From: a virus
Strand: one strand, 5' to 3'
IMG/VR virus record: IMGVR_UViG_3300009503_000002
DNA: 64,000 bases
A program made the position numbers and the translations under genes. The first letter of the stretch is position 1; every line of letters starts with the position of its first letter. Positions 34,058 through 44,149 of the stretch are shown piece by piece. The notes beneath the pieces are model-generated. The model had not been told where the DNA came from. It was given only the letters and a program-made list of their open reading frames with translations, and did not search any database.

Positions 34058-34706
34058 CTCCGCTATCGGGACAGCATCTGACCTGAATATGGCGGGAAGT
34101 GCTGCTTTTGAGTGGCACTCCCGCTATAAGCCACGGCCAGCAGTCTGGCATGGGACAGCAGATGGAAGCGGGGTCTATTCGCTTCCCAGTGACCTCCTGA
34201 GCATCACGGCGGTCGAAAGCCCATGGGGTGAGAACCCGCCAGCGTACTTATCAAGAAGCGCATGGTACGTCCATGAAATCGGGAATGGAAGTGCGGAGCT
34301 GATGTTTAGCACTGACCCCGGCTCTGGTACGCACTTTGCAGTCCATTACTGGGCTGAGTGGACTCCCGCTACAGCACCAGAGCGGGATAAGTATAAGTTG
34401 GCTTACCTGGCAGCGGCCTGGCTGAGCCTTCGTCGTGCAACCCTTTCAGCTTCCAGCACTTCGTCTGTAATGGCTGCTGATACAACGAACTTCGTTGACC
34501 AGACTAGGCAATGGCTCTCGATTTTTGAGAAATTCGTCCTTCTATATGCAACGGTTACAGGGCTATCCGCTAAGGAGATTATGCAAGGTGCACCCGACCC
34601 GGCCTGCGGGCTTGGCCAGGTTCCGTATGCAAATTTGTACCAACGCATTTTCTGGAACGATGCGGGTGCGACGAGCGCCCTGAAGACCTGGAGGCTCAAT
34701 GAGTGA
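33996..34706 (+). CDS. hypothetical head-tail connector/neck protein
   Basis: Called on position. Start uncertain: GTG 33996 or ATG 34038. Confidence 0.45.
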   Translation: MAVEINSIVELVKGMIPELRNSAIGTASDLNMAGSAAFEWHSRYKPRPAVWHGTADGSGVYSLPSDLLSITAVESPWGENPPAYLSRSAWYVHEIGNGSAELMFSTDPGSGTHFAVHYWAEWTPATAPERDKYKLAYLAAAWLSLRRATLSASSTSSVMAADTTNFVDQTRQWLSIFEKFVLLYATVTGLSAKEIMQGAPDPACGLGQVPYANLYQRIFWNDAGATSALKTWRLNE

Positions 34707-35193
34707 CTACTCGACGCTCGCCAGTGCGATTAGCACAAAGCTTCGGTCGGTCTCAGGCTTTAGTGGACAAGTGTTCGCTTACATCCCGAATGTCTCACGG
34801 CTCGACGAGATAATCTCAGAGCTGACCACCAGCAGCAACAGGCTTGATGCTTGGTTTATCTCACGGACGGGAATGGTGACGCTGAGATATGGTGAGACAG
34901 GCGCGCGAATTACAACCCAGCACCGTGTCAAGAGACATTTATTTACGATTCGCGGGTATGTATCTGTCGCCGAGAGTGAGAGTGAAACGTCTTCTGAGGT
35001 TGACTTTCAGAGCCTATGCGATGAGATTGAGGGGACCTTCGCACCCAGTATGAGTTTAGGACAGGCCGATAATGTTTTTGTAAGTGGAGTGCGAATGACA
35101 ATCGGCTATGAAATGCTTGGTGGCATCCTTTGTCACCGTTGCCTGATTGAGCTCCAAATTGACGAGCGGCTCGCAACATCTTACCAGCTATGA
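34699..35193 (+). CDS. hypothetical head-tail joining protein
   Basis: Overlaps the previous stop. 164 aa. Called on position only. Confidence 0.45.
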   Translation: MSDYSTLASAISTKLRSVSGFSGQVFAYIPNVSRLDEIISELTTSSNRLDAWFISRTGMVTLRYGETGARITTQHRVKRHLFTIRGYVSVAESESETSSEVDFQSLCDEIEGTFAPSMSLGQADNVFVSGVRMTIGYEMLGGILCHRCLIELQIDERLATSYQL

Positions 35194-35408
35194 GGGATGA
35201 GATGAAAGTTTATAGGGTGAAAGACCAGACTGTTCAGCGATTCTATTTTGGAAACAGAGCAGTGAAAGTTATAAATGGTTGCTTACCCTCCAATGTGCCA
35301 AAACACATTTTGGATTACCTGCTCTCGATTGGTGCAGTGGAGGAAGAGACAGTTGAAGACTCAAGGAGTCAGATTAAGAAGGAGGAGAAATGGCAATTAG
35401 CGCACTAG
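35190..35408 (+). CDS. hypothetical small protein
   Basis: ATGA overlap. 72 aa. Confidence 0.4.
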   Translation: MRDEMKVYRVKDQTVQRFYFGNRAVKVINGCLPSNVPKHILDYLLSIGAVEEETVEDSRSQIKKEEKWQLAH

Positions 35409-36322
35409 CAAAAGTTGGGATAGGGTGGGAGACCGAGTGGGGCTCCCCTGCAGCACCAACAGTCGTGTTTCCGATTGATGACTGGTCACTGACGGGGCCG
35501 TACGAACAAATCCTCGATAATGCGAAGCGCGGTGTGCTAGCAGCAGACTTCGGGGCGTACCAGGGAGTTGGCCATGCAGAAGCAAGCCTAGAGGGGCCCG
35601 TGTTCCCTGACCTCTTTGGGTACGTCTTGCTTGCGGTATTCGGCCAGGGCAGCGTCTCAGGGACTGCAGCACCGTACACGCACACCTTCACTTTCTACGG
35701 AACGCCCCCATCGCTCTCTATCACTGAAGATAACGTAGTCCGACAGCATCAGGGTAGAGGGATGCTCGCTTCCGAGCTAAGCATGAGCTTCAACCCAACC
35801 GAGGGGCTTCTGAGCTACTCGGTATCGTTTACAGGGAAGCAGCTAGGCACAGTAAGCGAGTCGTTCCCCAGCGAATTGTACCTAGGGACCCCGATGTTTC
35901 GAGGCTGGCAGGGCTCGATTGACTTAGGCGGGACCTACTTCCCAGTCATCGAGGGCGACCTCACAATCTCACGCGAAGTCACGCTTCATTATACTCTGTC
36001 TAACTCGCAGTACCCCGGAACAGCCTATGTAGGCCCGCCTGTCGTCACTGGTTCGTTCACAATCGACTACACGAGCGGCGCCGACTATGACCGCTACAGG
36101 CTACATCAGCAAGGGTCAGTTGACCTACAGTTCATCATCAATGCAAATAAGAAGCTAACTATCACACTAGGGTCGGTCGACTTCAGTGAGGATGCTGTAG
36201 AGCTAGACAAGGGTGAAGCTTCGATTACCCTGGCATATTCTTGGCGTGCTTTGTACGTCTCGTCGCTCGGTGGTCCCGCAAAGGCAGTTCTAATTTGCGA
36301 CACCGCTGATTTTGGGCCGTAA
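35390..36322 (+). CDS. putative major tail (tube) protein
   Basis: RBS AAGGAGGAG. 310 aa. Lies upstream of the chaperone/tape-measure genes and is followed by a terminator, as expected for an abundant structural protein. Confidence 0.55.
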   Translation: MAISALAKVGIGWETEWGSPAAPTVVFPIDDWSLTGPYEQILDNAKRGVLAADFGAYQGVGHAEASLEGPVFPDLFGYVLLAVFGQGSVSGTAAPYTHTFTFYGTPPSLSITEDNVVRQHQGRGMLASELSMSFNPTEGLLSYSVSFTGKQLGTVSESFPSELYLGTPMFRGWQGSIDLGGTYFPVIEGDLTISREVTLHYTLSNSQYPGTAYVGPPVVTGSFTIDYTSGADYDRYRLHQQGSVDLQFIINANKKLTITLGSVDFSEDAVELDKGEASITLAYSWRALYVSSLGGPAKAVLICDTADFGP

Positions 36323-36337
36323 CTTAAGCTGATAAAG

Positions 36338-36368
36338 GGAGATGGGGGAAAATGACCCATCTCCTTTT
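36338..36368 (+). terminator. rho-independent terminator (probably partial)
   Basis: GGAGATGGG-GGAAAATGA-CCCATCTCC followed by TTTT. Confidence 0.6.
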
Positions 36369-36388
36369 CAAAGGAAACTGACAGTGCA

Positions 36389-36718
36389 GTGGCAGATATA
36401 ACCCGACAAGAGCTAGTTGCGCAGTTGAAAGAGCAAGGCCTCTCGGTAAGCGAGAGGACGCTTCGCTACTGGGAATCGTGTGGGCTTCTTTCAAAACCGT
36501 TTCGAGTGGGAAAGGCGGTTTACTACACACCTGACCAACAGACCAGGGCTTACTTTCTGGCCGTGACGAGGCCTAAACAGCTCAAAGTAGTCCGCTGGTC
36601 AACTGAGAACTTAGAGGCCTACTTACATGGAGACAACCTAATCTTACATTTCAGGAGAGGAGTGAAAAGCCGTGGGGGTTTGGGAAGAATATCTACAAGG
36701 AAAGCTGATAACGATTGA
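36389..36718 (+). CDS. MerR-family HTH protein
   Basis: ITRQELVAQLKEQGLSVSERTLRYWESCGLLSKPFRVGKAVYY matches the MerR HTH pattern. GTG start. Confidence 0.55.
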   Translation: MADITRQELVAQLKEQGLSVSERTLRYWESCGLLSKPFRVGKAVYYTPDQQTRAYFLAVTRPKQLKVVRWSTENLEAYLHGDNLILHFRRGVKSRGGLGRISTRKADND

Positions 36719-37073
36719 CCTGTCGGAAATTGGGCTTGACGGCTATTGGGTGAAAGCCAGAACTTCAGCCTCGATGAGCCCAGGACGGTTCAAGCGGCTG
36801 CTTGACCAGATTGACCAAAATGACCCGCTGGGGCAGCAGAAAGTCTCGATGCAAGAGTGGGTGGTGGACTGGAACCTTCCAGATGAGGATGGGAAACCAC
36901 TTCCTATCCCCAGGAAGAGCGATGCCTGGCTAGATATCGTGCCGATTGGGGTGGTCACGTTTATTATGCAGAAAATTAATGAGCGGGACCGAGGAGCACT
37001 TGAGGGAAACCCTCCGAAAACCAGCGAATCTTCGCCGCCCTCCGAGGGCACGGAGAAGGCCCAGACTGGCTAA
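36672..37073 (+). CDS. tail assembly chaperone (gpG-like)
   Basis: GTG follows GGAGAGGAG. Lies immediately before the tape measure region and contains an in-frame slippery heptamer. Confidence 0.65.
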   Translation: MGVWEEYLQGKLITIDLSEIGLDGYWVKARTSASMSPGRFKRLLDQIDQNDPLGQQKVSMQEWVVDWNLPDEDGKPLPIPRKSDAWLDIVPIGVVTFIMQKINERDRGALEGNPPKTSESSPPSEGTEKAQTG

Positions 37074-37273
37074 ACCTGGTTTTGCTCCAAATTCAGTATG
37101 GGTGGACGGAGAAGCAGATTGAGACGGAGTTCACGATGGAGAACCTCTCCAGGATAATTCGGGTGTTGAATATGAAACACAAAGTTGAGGAGTTGGAGGA
37201 GAAGCAGCGGAAAGCTCGCGCAAAAGCATCTTCAACACCCCATGTTGCACATCCGAGACGGCTGCATAGATGA
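36672..37273 (+). CDS. predicted frameshift product of the tail assembly chaperone (gpGT-like)
   Basis: Joins 36672-37010 to the -1 frame 37010-37273, which the ORF track shows as 37082-37273. Its stop overlaps the next ATG (37270). Confidence 0.5.
37004..37010 (+). promoter_or_regulatory. -1 programmed ribosomal frameshift site G_GGA_AAC
   Basis: The heptamer is in the correct X_XXY_YYZ phase of the 36672 frame. The -1 frame opens exactly at 37004 (TGA at 37001-37003) and stays open to 37273. Confidence 0.6.
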
Positions 37274-38175
37274 CAGAGGACGAGATTAAGAAGGCGTTTG
37301 AAGAGATTATACTAGACGCGTATAACCAGATGGGGCGTGTAGGACAGTCAGCGCTTGATGACTTCGCACGTCTAGAAGCAATTGGACAACGCGTGTCAAA
37401 GATGCCCGTCCTTCGGCTGCCAGTCAACTATGCTGGCCTTGGCGATGCGCTCAGGGTAGTAAACGCGATGTGCAAAACATCGCTTCTTCGTTCGTTTGCT
37501 TCTTCTCTTTCATATGCAACAGCAGCTGCCATGCTTCGGCTGGCGGGATATGCGTTCATGTCGGCTGTAGCACCGGCTGTTTCAATTGAGGTGAGCGAAG
37601 ATGCCTGGTCAGTTTTGCGCAAGTTAGGCGCACTGGCTGATTCAACCACAGGCGCTGACATGCGAGTACTGACCGAGGCCGCTATCCAGTTTCACATCCA
37701 AGCTTCCGACCTAATCGCTTCAATCTTTGCAGCAAGACTGCGCCAGGTCCCTGTATCAGCGCCAACTTATTCAGCTCCCATCACTAACACAGGCTACTTG
37801 GCTAGGTCAATTGCTGTCGCGGATGCAACTCCTCGTACAGTCCGTGCGGGCGTGGTAAGGTCATTCACAGTAGGCGTGAGCCGTTCTTTCGGCCCATTTG
37901 CATATGGTGGCGCACCAGCTCTGTATGGCAAAGTTCTGAACAAGCCACTTGGCACCAGCACAAAGTATGCCAAGATTCCATTTCGTAACATTCAGTTCTG
38001 GGCTAAACAACGCGGGATTCCAGAGAGTTCTGTCCCGGCAATCTATAAGAAACTAAAGACACGGGGCGTGTATGGCCGTGGTTGGGTTATGGCTGTCTTG
38101 GAGGAGACAGACTTCGGGGTGACAAATCGCCTCTTAGGGCGAGCGGTTCGTGATGCGATTTTAAAGGTGAAGTAA
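37270..38175 (+). CDS. hypothetical protein
   Basis: ATGA overlap. 301 aa. Lies between the chaperones and the tape measure. Confidence 0.5.
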   Translation: MTEDEIKKAFEEIILDAYNQMGRVGQSALDDFARLEAIGQRVSKMPVLRLPVNYAGLGDALRVVNAMCKTSLLRSFASSLSYATAAAMLRLAGYAFMSAVAPAVSIEVSEDAWSVLRKLGALADSTTGADMRVLTEAAIQFHIQASDLIASIFAARLRQVPVSAPTYSAPITNTGYLARSIAVADATPRTVRAGVVRSFTVGVSRSFGPFAYGGAPALYGKVLNKPLGTSTKYAKIPFRNIQFWAKQRGIPESSVPAIYKKLKTRGVYGRGWVMAVLEETDFGVTNRLLGRAVRDAILKVK

Positions 38176-41100
38176 TGCCTGATGAGACTGTTGGGTTTCA
38201 AGTTGAACTAAGCGCGACGGGCGGGGACCAGATACGGGCAATCCAGGAACAGCTCCGTTCGTTCCTAGACATGATTGGAAAGTCAGCCCGCAACGTTGCT
38301 CAGACGATTGTCCAGTCCCTATCCGGTATCGAGATGCCGACAGGCGGGATTGATATAGGCGCAGTTATCGGCCAGATGGGAGATGTGACAACCGCAACGT
38401 CAGAAGAGCTCCGACGGATGGCAGACGTTGCAAAGCAGACTGTAACCCAGATGCTTATCTCAACAGGTGCGATACCGGAGGGAACAGCTGCTGCAACAGT
38501 AGGCTGGGGCGACTTATCACAGGCAATCGCAACTTCCGAACCTCAAGTTACGCGTGTGGCAGGGCCTCTAGCTGAGCTTGGGAGGTTGCTGGAGAACCTC
38601 GCCAGCACCACTTCCACCGCTGCATCCACAATTCGAGAGGGTATTGCACCTGCAGCTACCGCTGCCACTTCTGCAGTTCAAACTGAAGCTGCCGCTGTTC
38701 AAGAGGCAGCTGAAGCAATGGCTGAGGTTCCAGTTTACGATTTCAACGTAGATTTGCTTGAGCTTTCCAACACGGCAGCCCTGACTGAAGCCGAAATTAG
38801 ACAGCTAGCATCCGCACTTGGAGTGCCGGTGGACGTTTTGAAGGCAAGCACTGGAGAACTTATCCAGTCGCTTGCCGAGCTGGCCACAGCACTTAAGGCG
38901 GGTGAAGGCGCGGCCCACGTAATGGGGATGTCCACAGAAGAGCTAAACGCTATCATCACAGCACTTGGCTATACTGGGAAGTTCACAGCAGACCAGTTCC
39001 GTGATTTCATCATCAAACAAATCGAGGCGAATGAAGCAAGTGGGCTTCTACAGCAGGGCTTAGTCTCCACAGTGAAGCTCCTCCAGCGTTCAGGGCGTGA
39101 GGCACAGCTTGCGGCAGCCCAGCAGGCCAGAGGCTTCCGTTCAACCGTTGCCCACAGTTATGAGACTTCCCGTGCTATCGATATTCTGAACTCCGCAACT
39201 CAGGGCCTAATGGTAGGCCTATCAGCCACACGGGGTTCTTTGCTCGGTGTCGCAATGGGTACCTATTTTATGAGGAGCGCGCTCTTGAAGGTCTGGATAC
39301 CCATGATGGGGGTGGGTATCGCGGTCGGGCTATTCTCAAGGGCGCTCAGCTTTCTCGGAAGCGTGCTTAAAGCCACCTGGGAACGTTTGCTCCAATTTGG
39401 CAAGTGGGTTGGGAATATCGCGATTTCAGCCCTTAAGAAGCTGGTAAGTTTTATCTGGAGTGGGGTGGTTCGAGCATTCGAGGCCATCCTTGAATATGCA
39501 GGCCGTGCTCTAGAGTTTCTGATACAGAAGCTTCAGAGTGCTGGCAATGCTGCGCAGTGGACGCTCCGGGTTTTCCAAAGCGCGAGTGGCACCTTACGCG
39601 AGAGTGCGGCAGCTTGGTTAGCAGCAGCTGATTGGGCGGTCCGCTATGGGTTCGCTATCGAGGATGTTAATAAGGCGCTGCTAGAGCTCTGGCGTGCGAG
39701 GATTCTGGACCAATATGGTGAAGCACTGAAGGCTGCAATTGCCCTCTCGAACGCTTGGAACATTAGCCTAGACGAAGCAGTCAGCACACTCGCGGACGCC
39801 ATTGGGACAACAGAAGGGAATGTCACCGCCCTTGAGGAATACGGTATCGTGCTCGACAGCCACATCAACTCCCTTGACTTCGCTGCGCGGCGAACAGCGG
39901 TTCTGGACGCAGTGATGGGGCGCTTCAGCGATTCTCTGGACGCCCGTGTCAAGACAGTCTCAGGGGCTTTGCAGCGCGTAAGTTCGGCAGCTGAGCTCTT
40001 CTGGCAGACCTTGCTAGAACCGATTGCCACAGGTCTAGTTGCACCTCTCATCAACGCGCTTGGAAATATTGTAGCATCGGTAGCTCAGTTCGTCAGGTAC
40101 TTATGGGCAGCGTCTGATGTAGGCCTCGCTTGGCAGAGGACTATGATGAGGTTTCAGCAGCTCCTGGCGACGTTTGCACCAGAGCTTGAGTTCATCGCGA
40201 CGGTGTTGAAGGCTGGTTTGGTGGTAGCATTCGAGCTTCTGCGCCGAGTTGTGGAAAGGGTTGTCGGTGCCCTCCAGCGGTTCTTCATGTGGGTCCGACA
40301 GATTCGTGTGGGTATCCAGACGCTTGCTGGCGGTGCGAAAGAGCTCTCCAATCGACTAGGTGCTTTAGCAGGGGACTTCAAGTCTCTGACCTTTCAAGAC
40401 CTGTTACAGGCCGCCAAGGACTTGTTCCTCAACCTGGTGCCGAATTTGGATTGGGTTATCACGACACTTGAGAAGTTCTGGGGCATGTTCAAGTGGCTCT
40501 TCACTGAGTTCTTCCTCCAGCCAATCCGAGCTTTCCTGCTGGGCATCGTCAATGGGTTCAACACTTTCGCTCCGCTTATCAAGGAGAAAGTGGATGACAT
40601 TGTGGCGCACTTTGAGAAGCTCCAGATTGCCCTCCAGCCACTTGCTGATGCCTTCGAACATGTGTTCGGAGCACTGGGCGCTATTGTAGGGGCGACACTC
40701 GGCACCGTTATAACAATTGCCCTTACCCTTGTGCAGTCATTGGTTCTAGCACTCACGGGTGAGTGGGACAAAATCCCACAGCTCTGGGAAGATACCTGGA
40801 AGAAAATTGGGCTGAACTGGGACACAGTCTGGGGAACATATGTTGCACCGCACCTGGAGGAGGCCAAGAAGAAGTTTCTGGAGTGGGTGGGCAACACATT
40901 TGGAGAAGAAGCACGGAAGAAGGTTGACAACTTCCTATCTATCACGCTTCCGAACTTTGCGAAAGACCTGCAGACGAAGCTTGCGGAGTTTTTTGGCTTC
41001 AAGGAAGACGGGACGATTGGCGAGACAATCGCAGGGATTGGGAAGGCAATCACAGACCTCGTTACGAACCTGCCAGACCTTGCTAAGCTAGAGAATGTAA

Positions 41101-43202
41101 AGAAGGTCATAGAAGACCTCAAAACCGCAGCGGAGAACACAAGCCGAGCGCTTGGGAACTTAAAGGATGCCTTTGCGCCGGTTGGAACGAATGCTGAGCA
41201 AGCTGAACCCAAGCTAAGTGGCCTGAAGCAGACAATTGATGACATCGCTTTCGCGATAGAACCACTGACGGGTTTGCTAAAAACACTCAGCATCAGCTTA
41301 CGAGTCCTCAGTGAAGTTTTTGGACATGTGAGCGCTTCTGGCAGTGGCACGAGAGCCATACTTGCCGATGTTATTCACACACTTCTTACACAAATCAGGG
41401 CCTTTGTGTCAAGCCTCATGGGAGGTTTAACTTCAGTTGTTGTGTTCTTTCGGGGAATTGCAGATGTTGTAAGAGGCATTGCCGAACTATACTTTCATTC
41501 GTTGACTTTTCTTCCTAGATTGATTATCGCAGCTATTCGCGATGGAATCCCAGGTGTTCTGGCTGAGTTCAAACACATTGAGGCCAACATCCTGCTCTCT
41601 GCTCTGAGAGTCGTGGAAGGGCTTGTAGAGATTCTAAAAGGCGGCATTTCTCTCCTTCTTACCACTGTTTGGTCATTTGTAACGAGGGTCGCAGGTCTTA
41701 TTGACCTGATAATTCCAACAGCACATTTGCAGGACCGCCTAGCTGAAGACCAAGACGCACTTACGGCTAGTTTCCAACAGATGTATGATGATTTCGAGAG
41801 ATGGGAGGGCAAACTAACCCAGGGTTGGTCAAATCTATTCGACAATCTAAGAAATAGGGTAGGCCTCGGCAGCCACGACATTGTGCAGGCTGGACAAGGC
41901 ATGGAGCAGGAGTTCGGACAGGTTCTCCTGCGAGCCGGTACAACTGCTACAACAAACTTCACAACCTCGTTTACTGTTCCGGACCGCTTCAAATATTACA
42001 ACTCTCAGATGCTGGAAGAGGCCACCGCGACATTTGGCCCAGGTGGAAGGTTTGAAAGCGTATTCCAGAATCTCCCGCAAGCAGCCCAGCCCTGCTATGC
42101 TACTTTCGACAGTCTTGCAAGGGATATCCAGGAGAACTCCACGGCTTCGTTTAGGGCATTCGATGCGGCGCTTGGGCCTGGCGGGGGGATTCCGTCTGTT
42201 GCAAGCCAGACGGATAAAACAACAAGCCAACCTGTTCGCGACGCTTTTACCAGCATGAAGAACTGGACAAATACCGCTGTCCAGAACGTTAGCGACTTCT
42301 TTAGTAGGACATTTGGAGCAGGCGGGCCAGTCCAGACAACCGCTGCTTCTGTTGCGGCCTCGATTTCAAACTTCTTCACGGTCTCAATTCCGAATGCCTT
42401 TAGGAGCATGCGGGACTCGGCTCAGAGCATTATCGAGCAAGTCAAGGTGAGCTTCACAGGTGTATTTGGTCCAGGTGGTGCCCTTGCCCTTATCACCTCT
42501 GCTGTCGGTGCAAATGTCTTACAGTTTCTCACGGATGCTATCACCGGTTTCCGTGACAACGTTTGGGTGCCGGTTGTGAACGGGCTTCGAGACGTGTTCA
42601 ATGGTGTCTTTGCTGCAGGTGGCGCAATGGCCTCTGCTGCCTCCAGCTTCGGCACAAATGTAACAGAGAAAATCAAGAACTTCATCTCCGGGATGAAGAC
42701 GAGGATTAATGAACTGGTTGGGGAAATCAGAACTAAGTGGGAGGAGGTCTTTGGGACGTCCAGAACAGCTGGTGCGCTTGAGGCAGCCTGGAATAGGTTG
42801 AAAGGGGCGCTGGAGAGCATCTGGTCGCTTATGAAAGGCCCGCTGGAAGCCTTGCGAGACCTCTTGAATAGAATCCGAAGCAATGTTGAGTGGATATTGA
42901 GCAACATTGGCCGAGTAACAGGGACACCAGTGCGGAACGTTCCGCCTGGCGCTCAAGAAGGTGGTATTTTCACTAGGCCACAAGTTAGGACAATTGCAGA
43001 AGCTGGCCCCGAAGCAGTTATCCCACTTGTGCATGGTGCCGTACCTGTACTATTACAGGGCAGTGGGCCAGGCACGACTATTCAGATTACAATCACTGGA
43101 AACACCTTCCTAAGTCCTGATGATGCAGAATACTTAGCAGATATTTTGTCGGAACGGATTGCCTCTCAGTTGAGGCGTAGAAGAGTTTTTGTGACAACAT
43201 AA
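38175..43202 (+). CDS. tail tape measure protein
   Basis: 1675 aa, Ala/Leu-rich and helical with hydrophobic segments, in the classic position. Confidence 0.85.
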   Translation: MPDETVGFQVELSATGGDQIRAIQEQLRSFLDMIGKSARNVAQTIVQSLSGIEMPTGGIDIGAVIGQMGDVTTATSEELRRMADVAKQTVTQMLISTGAIPEGTAAATVGWGDLSQAIATSEPQVTRVAGPLAELGRLLENLASTTSTAASTIREGIAPAATAATSAVQTEAAAVQEAAEAMAEVPVYDFNVDLLELSNTAALTEAEIRQLASALGVPVDVLKASTGELIQSLAELATALKAGEGAAHVMGMSTEELNAIITALGYTGKFTADQFRDFIIKQIEANEASGLLQQGLVSTVKLLQRSGREAQLAAAQQARGFRSTVAHSYETSRAIDILNSATQGLMVGLSATRGSLLGVAMGTYFMRSALLKVWIPMMGVGIAVGLFSRALSFLGSVLKATWERLLQFGKWVGNIAISALKKLVSFIWSGVVRAFEAILEYAGRALEFLIQKLQSAGNAAQWTLRVFQSASGTLRESAAAWLAAADWAVRYGFAIEDVNKALLELWRARILDQYGEALKAAIALSNAWNISLDEAVSTLADAIGTTEGNVTALEEYGIVLDSHINSLDFAARRTAVLDAVMGRFSDSLDARVKTVSGALQRVSSAAELFWQTLLEPIATGLVAPLINALGNIVASVAQFVRYLWAASDVGLAWQRTMMRFQQLLATFAPELEFIATVLKAGLVVAFELLRRVVERVVGALQRFFMWVRQIRVGIQTLAGGAKELSNRLGALAGDFKSLTFQDLLQAAKDLFLNLVPNLDWVITTLEKFWGMFKWLFTEFFLQPIRAFLLGIVNGFNTFAPLIKEKVDDIVAHFEKLQIALQPLADAFEHVFGALGAIVGATLGTVITIALTLVQSLVLALTGEWDKIPQLWEDTWKKIGLNWDTVWGTYVAPHLEEAKKKFLEWVGNTFGEEARKKVDNFLSITLPNFAKDLQTKLAEFFGFKEDGTIGETIAGIGKAITDLVTNLPDLAKLENVKKVIEDLKTAAENTSRALGNLKDAFAPVGTNAEQAEPKLSGLKQTIDDIAFAIEPLTGLLKTLSISLRVLSEVFGHVSASGSGTRAILADVIHTLLTQIRAFVSSLMGGLTSVVVFFRGIADVVRGIAELYFHSLTFLPRLIIAAIRDGIPGVLAEFKHIEANILLSALRVVEGLVEILKGGISLLLTTVWSFVTRVAGLIDLIIPTAHLQDRLAEDQDALTASFQQMYDDFERWEGKLTQGWSNLFDNLRNRVGLGSHDIVQAGQGMEQEFGQVLLRAGTTATTNFTTSFTVPDRFKYYNSQMLEEATATFGPGGRFESVFQNLPQAAQPCYATFDSLARDIQENSTASFRAFDAALGPGGGIPSVASQTDKTTSQPVRDAFTSMKNWTNTAVQNVSDFFSRTFGAGGPVQTTAASVAASISNFFTVSIPNAFRSMRDSAQSIIEQVKVSFTGVFGPGGALALITSAVGANVLQFLTDAITGFRDNVWVPVVNGLRDVFNGVFAAGGAMASAASSFGTNVTEKIKNFISGMKTRINELVGEIRTKWEEVFGTSRTAGALEAAWNRLKGALESIWSLMKGPLEALRDLLNRIRSNVEWILSNIGRVTGTPVRNVPPGAQEGGIFTRPQVRTIAEAGPEAVIPLVHGAVPVLLQGSGPGTTIQITITGNTFLSPDDAEYLADILSERIASQLRRRRVFVTT

Positions 43203-43214
43203 GGAGGTAAGAAG

Positions 43215-43625
43215 ATGGCTAATCAACTTTACCCTGCTGGTCGAAATGGGTTTCTAACTGGAAGCATCCACTGGGGCGGTGCCTCACCAGATACGTTTCG
43301 AGTATATCTGATTGATACAGCTGACTACACGTTCTCAACGTCTCATGATTACCTGAACGATGTCCCTAGTGCTGCACGCGTCGCCTATGCAACTCTGACG
43401 AATACATCAGCAACCGATGGTGTGGCGGACGCCGATGATGTAACATTTACAAGCGTGACGGGTGACCAAAGTGAGGCCCTCATCATCTGCAAGTGGACAG
43501 GCAATGAAGCAACCTCAAATCTGATTGCTTACATTGACACTGCCACTGGCCTGCCTGTTACACCGAACGGTGGGGATATCACTGTGACCTGGGATAACGG
43601 CTCGAACAAGATTTTTAAGTTATGA
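43215..43625 (+). CDS. hypothetical tail protein
   Basis: RBS AAGGAGG. 136 aa, beta-rich. Confidence 0.5.
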   Translation: MANQLYPAGRNGFLTGSIHWGGASPDTFRVYLIDTADYTFSTSHDYLNDVPSAARVAYATLTNTSATDGVADADDVTFTSVTGDQSEALIICKWTGNEATSNLIAYIDTATGLPVTPNGGDITVTWDNGSNKIFKL

Positions 43626-43663
43626 ACGGCTCCTCAGCCGAGGTGCCTAGAAAGGAGGGTTAG

Positions 43664-44149
43664 GTGGCTACCCGATGTGTCTTTACGCCACTCAGCGCTG
43701 AGTTCCCAACGTCGAACTTTCCTCAACTACTGCTAGTGAACCGACGACCTGTGCTAGCGTTCGATGCCAGTACTGACGAGACTGCCTACTGGACAGCAGT
43801 TGTGCCACAGGGTTTCACAGGGACACCAAGTGTCACTGTCTCATTCATCATGGCATCGGCCACGTCTGGCAATGTAGTCTTTCAAGCGGCCATCGAAGCG
43901 GTTACGTCTGGTGATGCTTTAGACCTTGACACAGCCACTTCATTTGATACCGCTAACTCAAGTGGGGCGGTTTCTGTGCCGACGACTGCTGGGTACATGA
44001 AGCAGTTTTCCATCACACTTATGACAAATGACAGCATGGCAGCTGCTGACTATTTCCGCTTATCACTGAACCGTGACGCGGATAATGCAAATGATACAGC
44101 GGCTGGTGACTGTTATGTGCTAGCAGTTGAGCTTCGCGATGGAGCGTAA
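43664..44149 (+). CDS. hypothetical tail protein
   Basis: GTG follows GAAAGGAGGG. 161 aa, beta-rich. Confidence 0.5.
   Translation: MATRCVFTPLSAEFPTSNFPQLLLVNRRPVLAFDASTDETAYWTAVVPQGFTGTPSVTVSFIMASATSGNVVFQAAIEAVTSGDALDLDTATSFDTANSSGAVSVPTTAGYMKQFSITLMTNDSMAAADYFRLSLNRDADNANDTAAGDCYVLAVELRDGA

Noticed and set aside
40394-41359. 321-aa minus-strand ORF, plus several other shadow ORFs, inside the tape measure gene
   Set aside because: It is Ser/Phe/Ala-rich antisense translation of a long helical gene, with no independent start signals. The tape measure frame is uninterrupted for 1675 codons.
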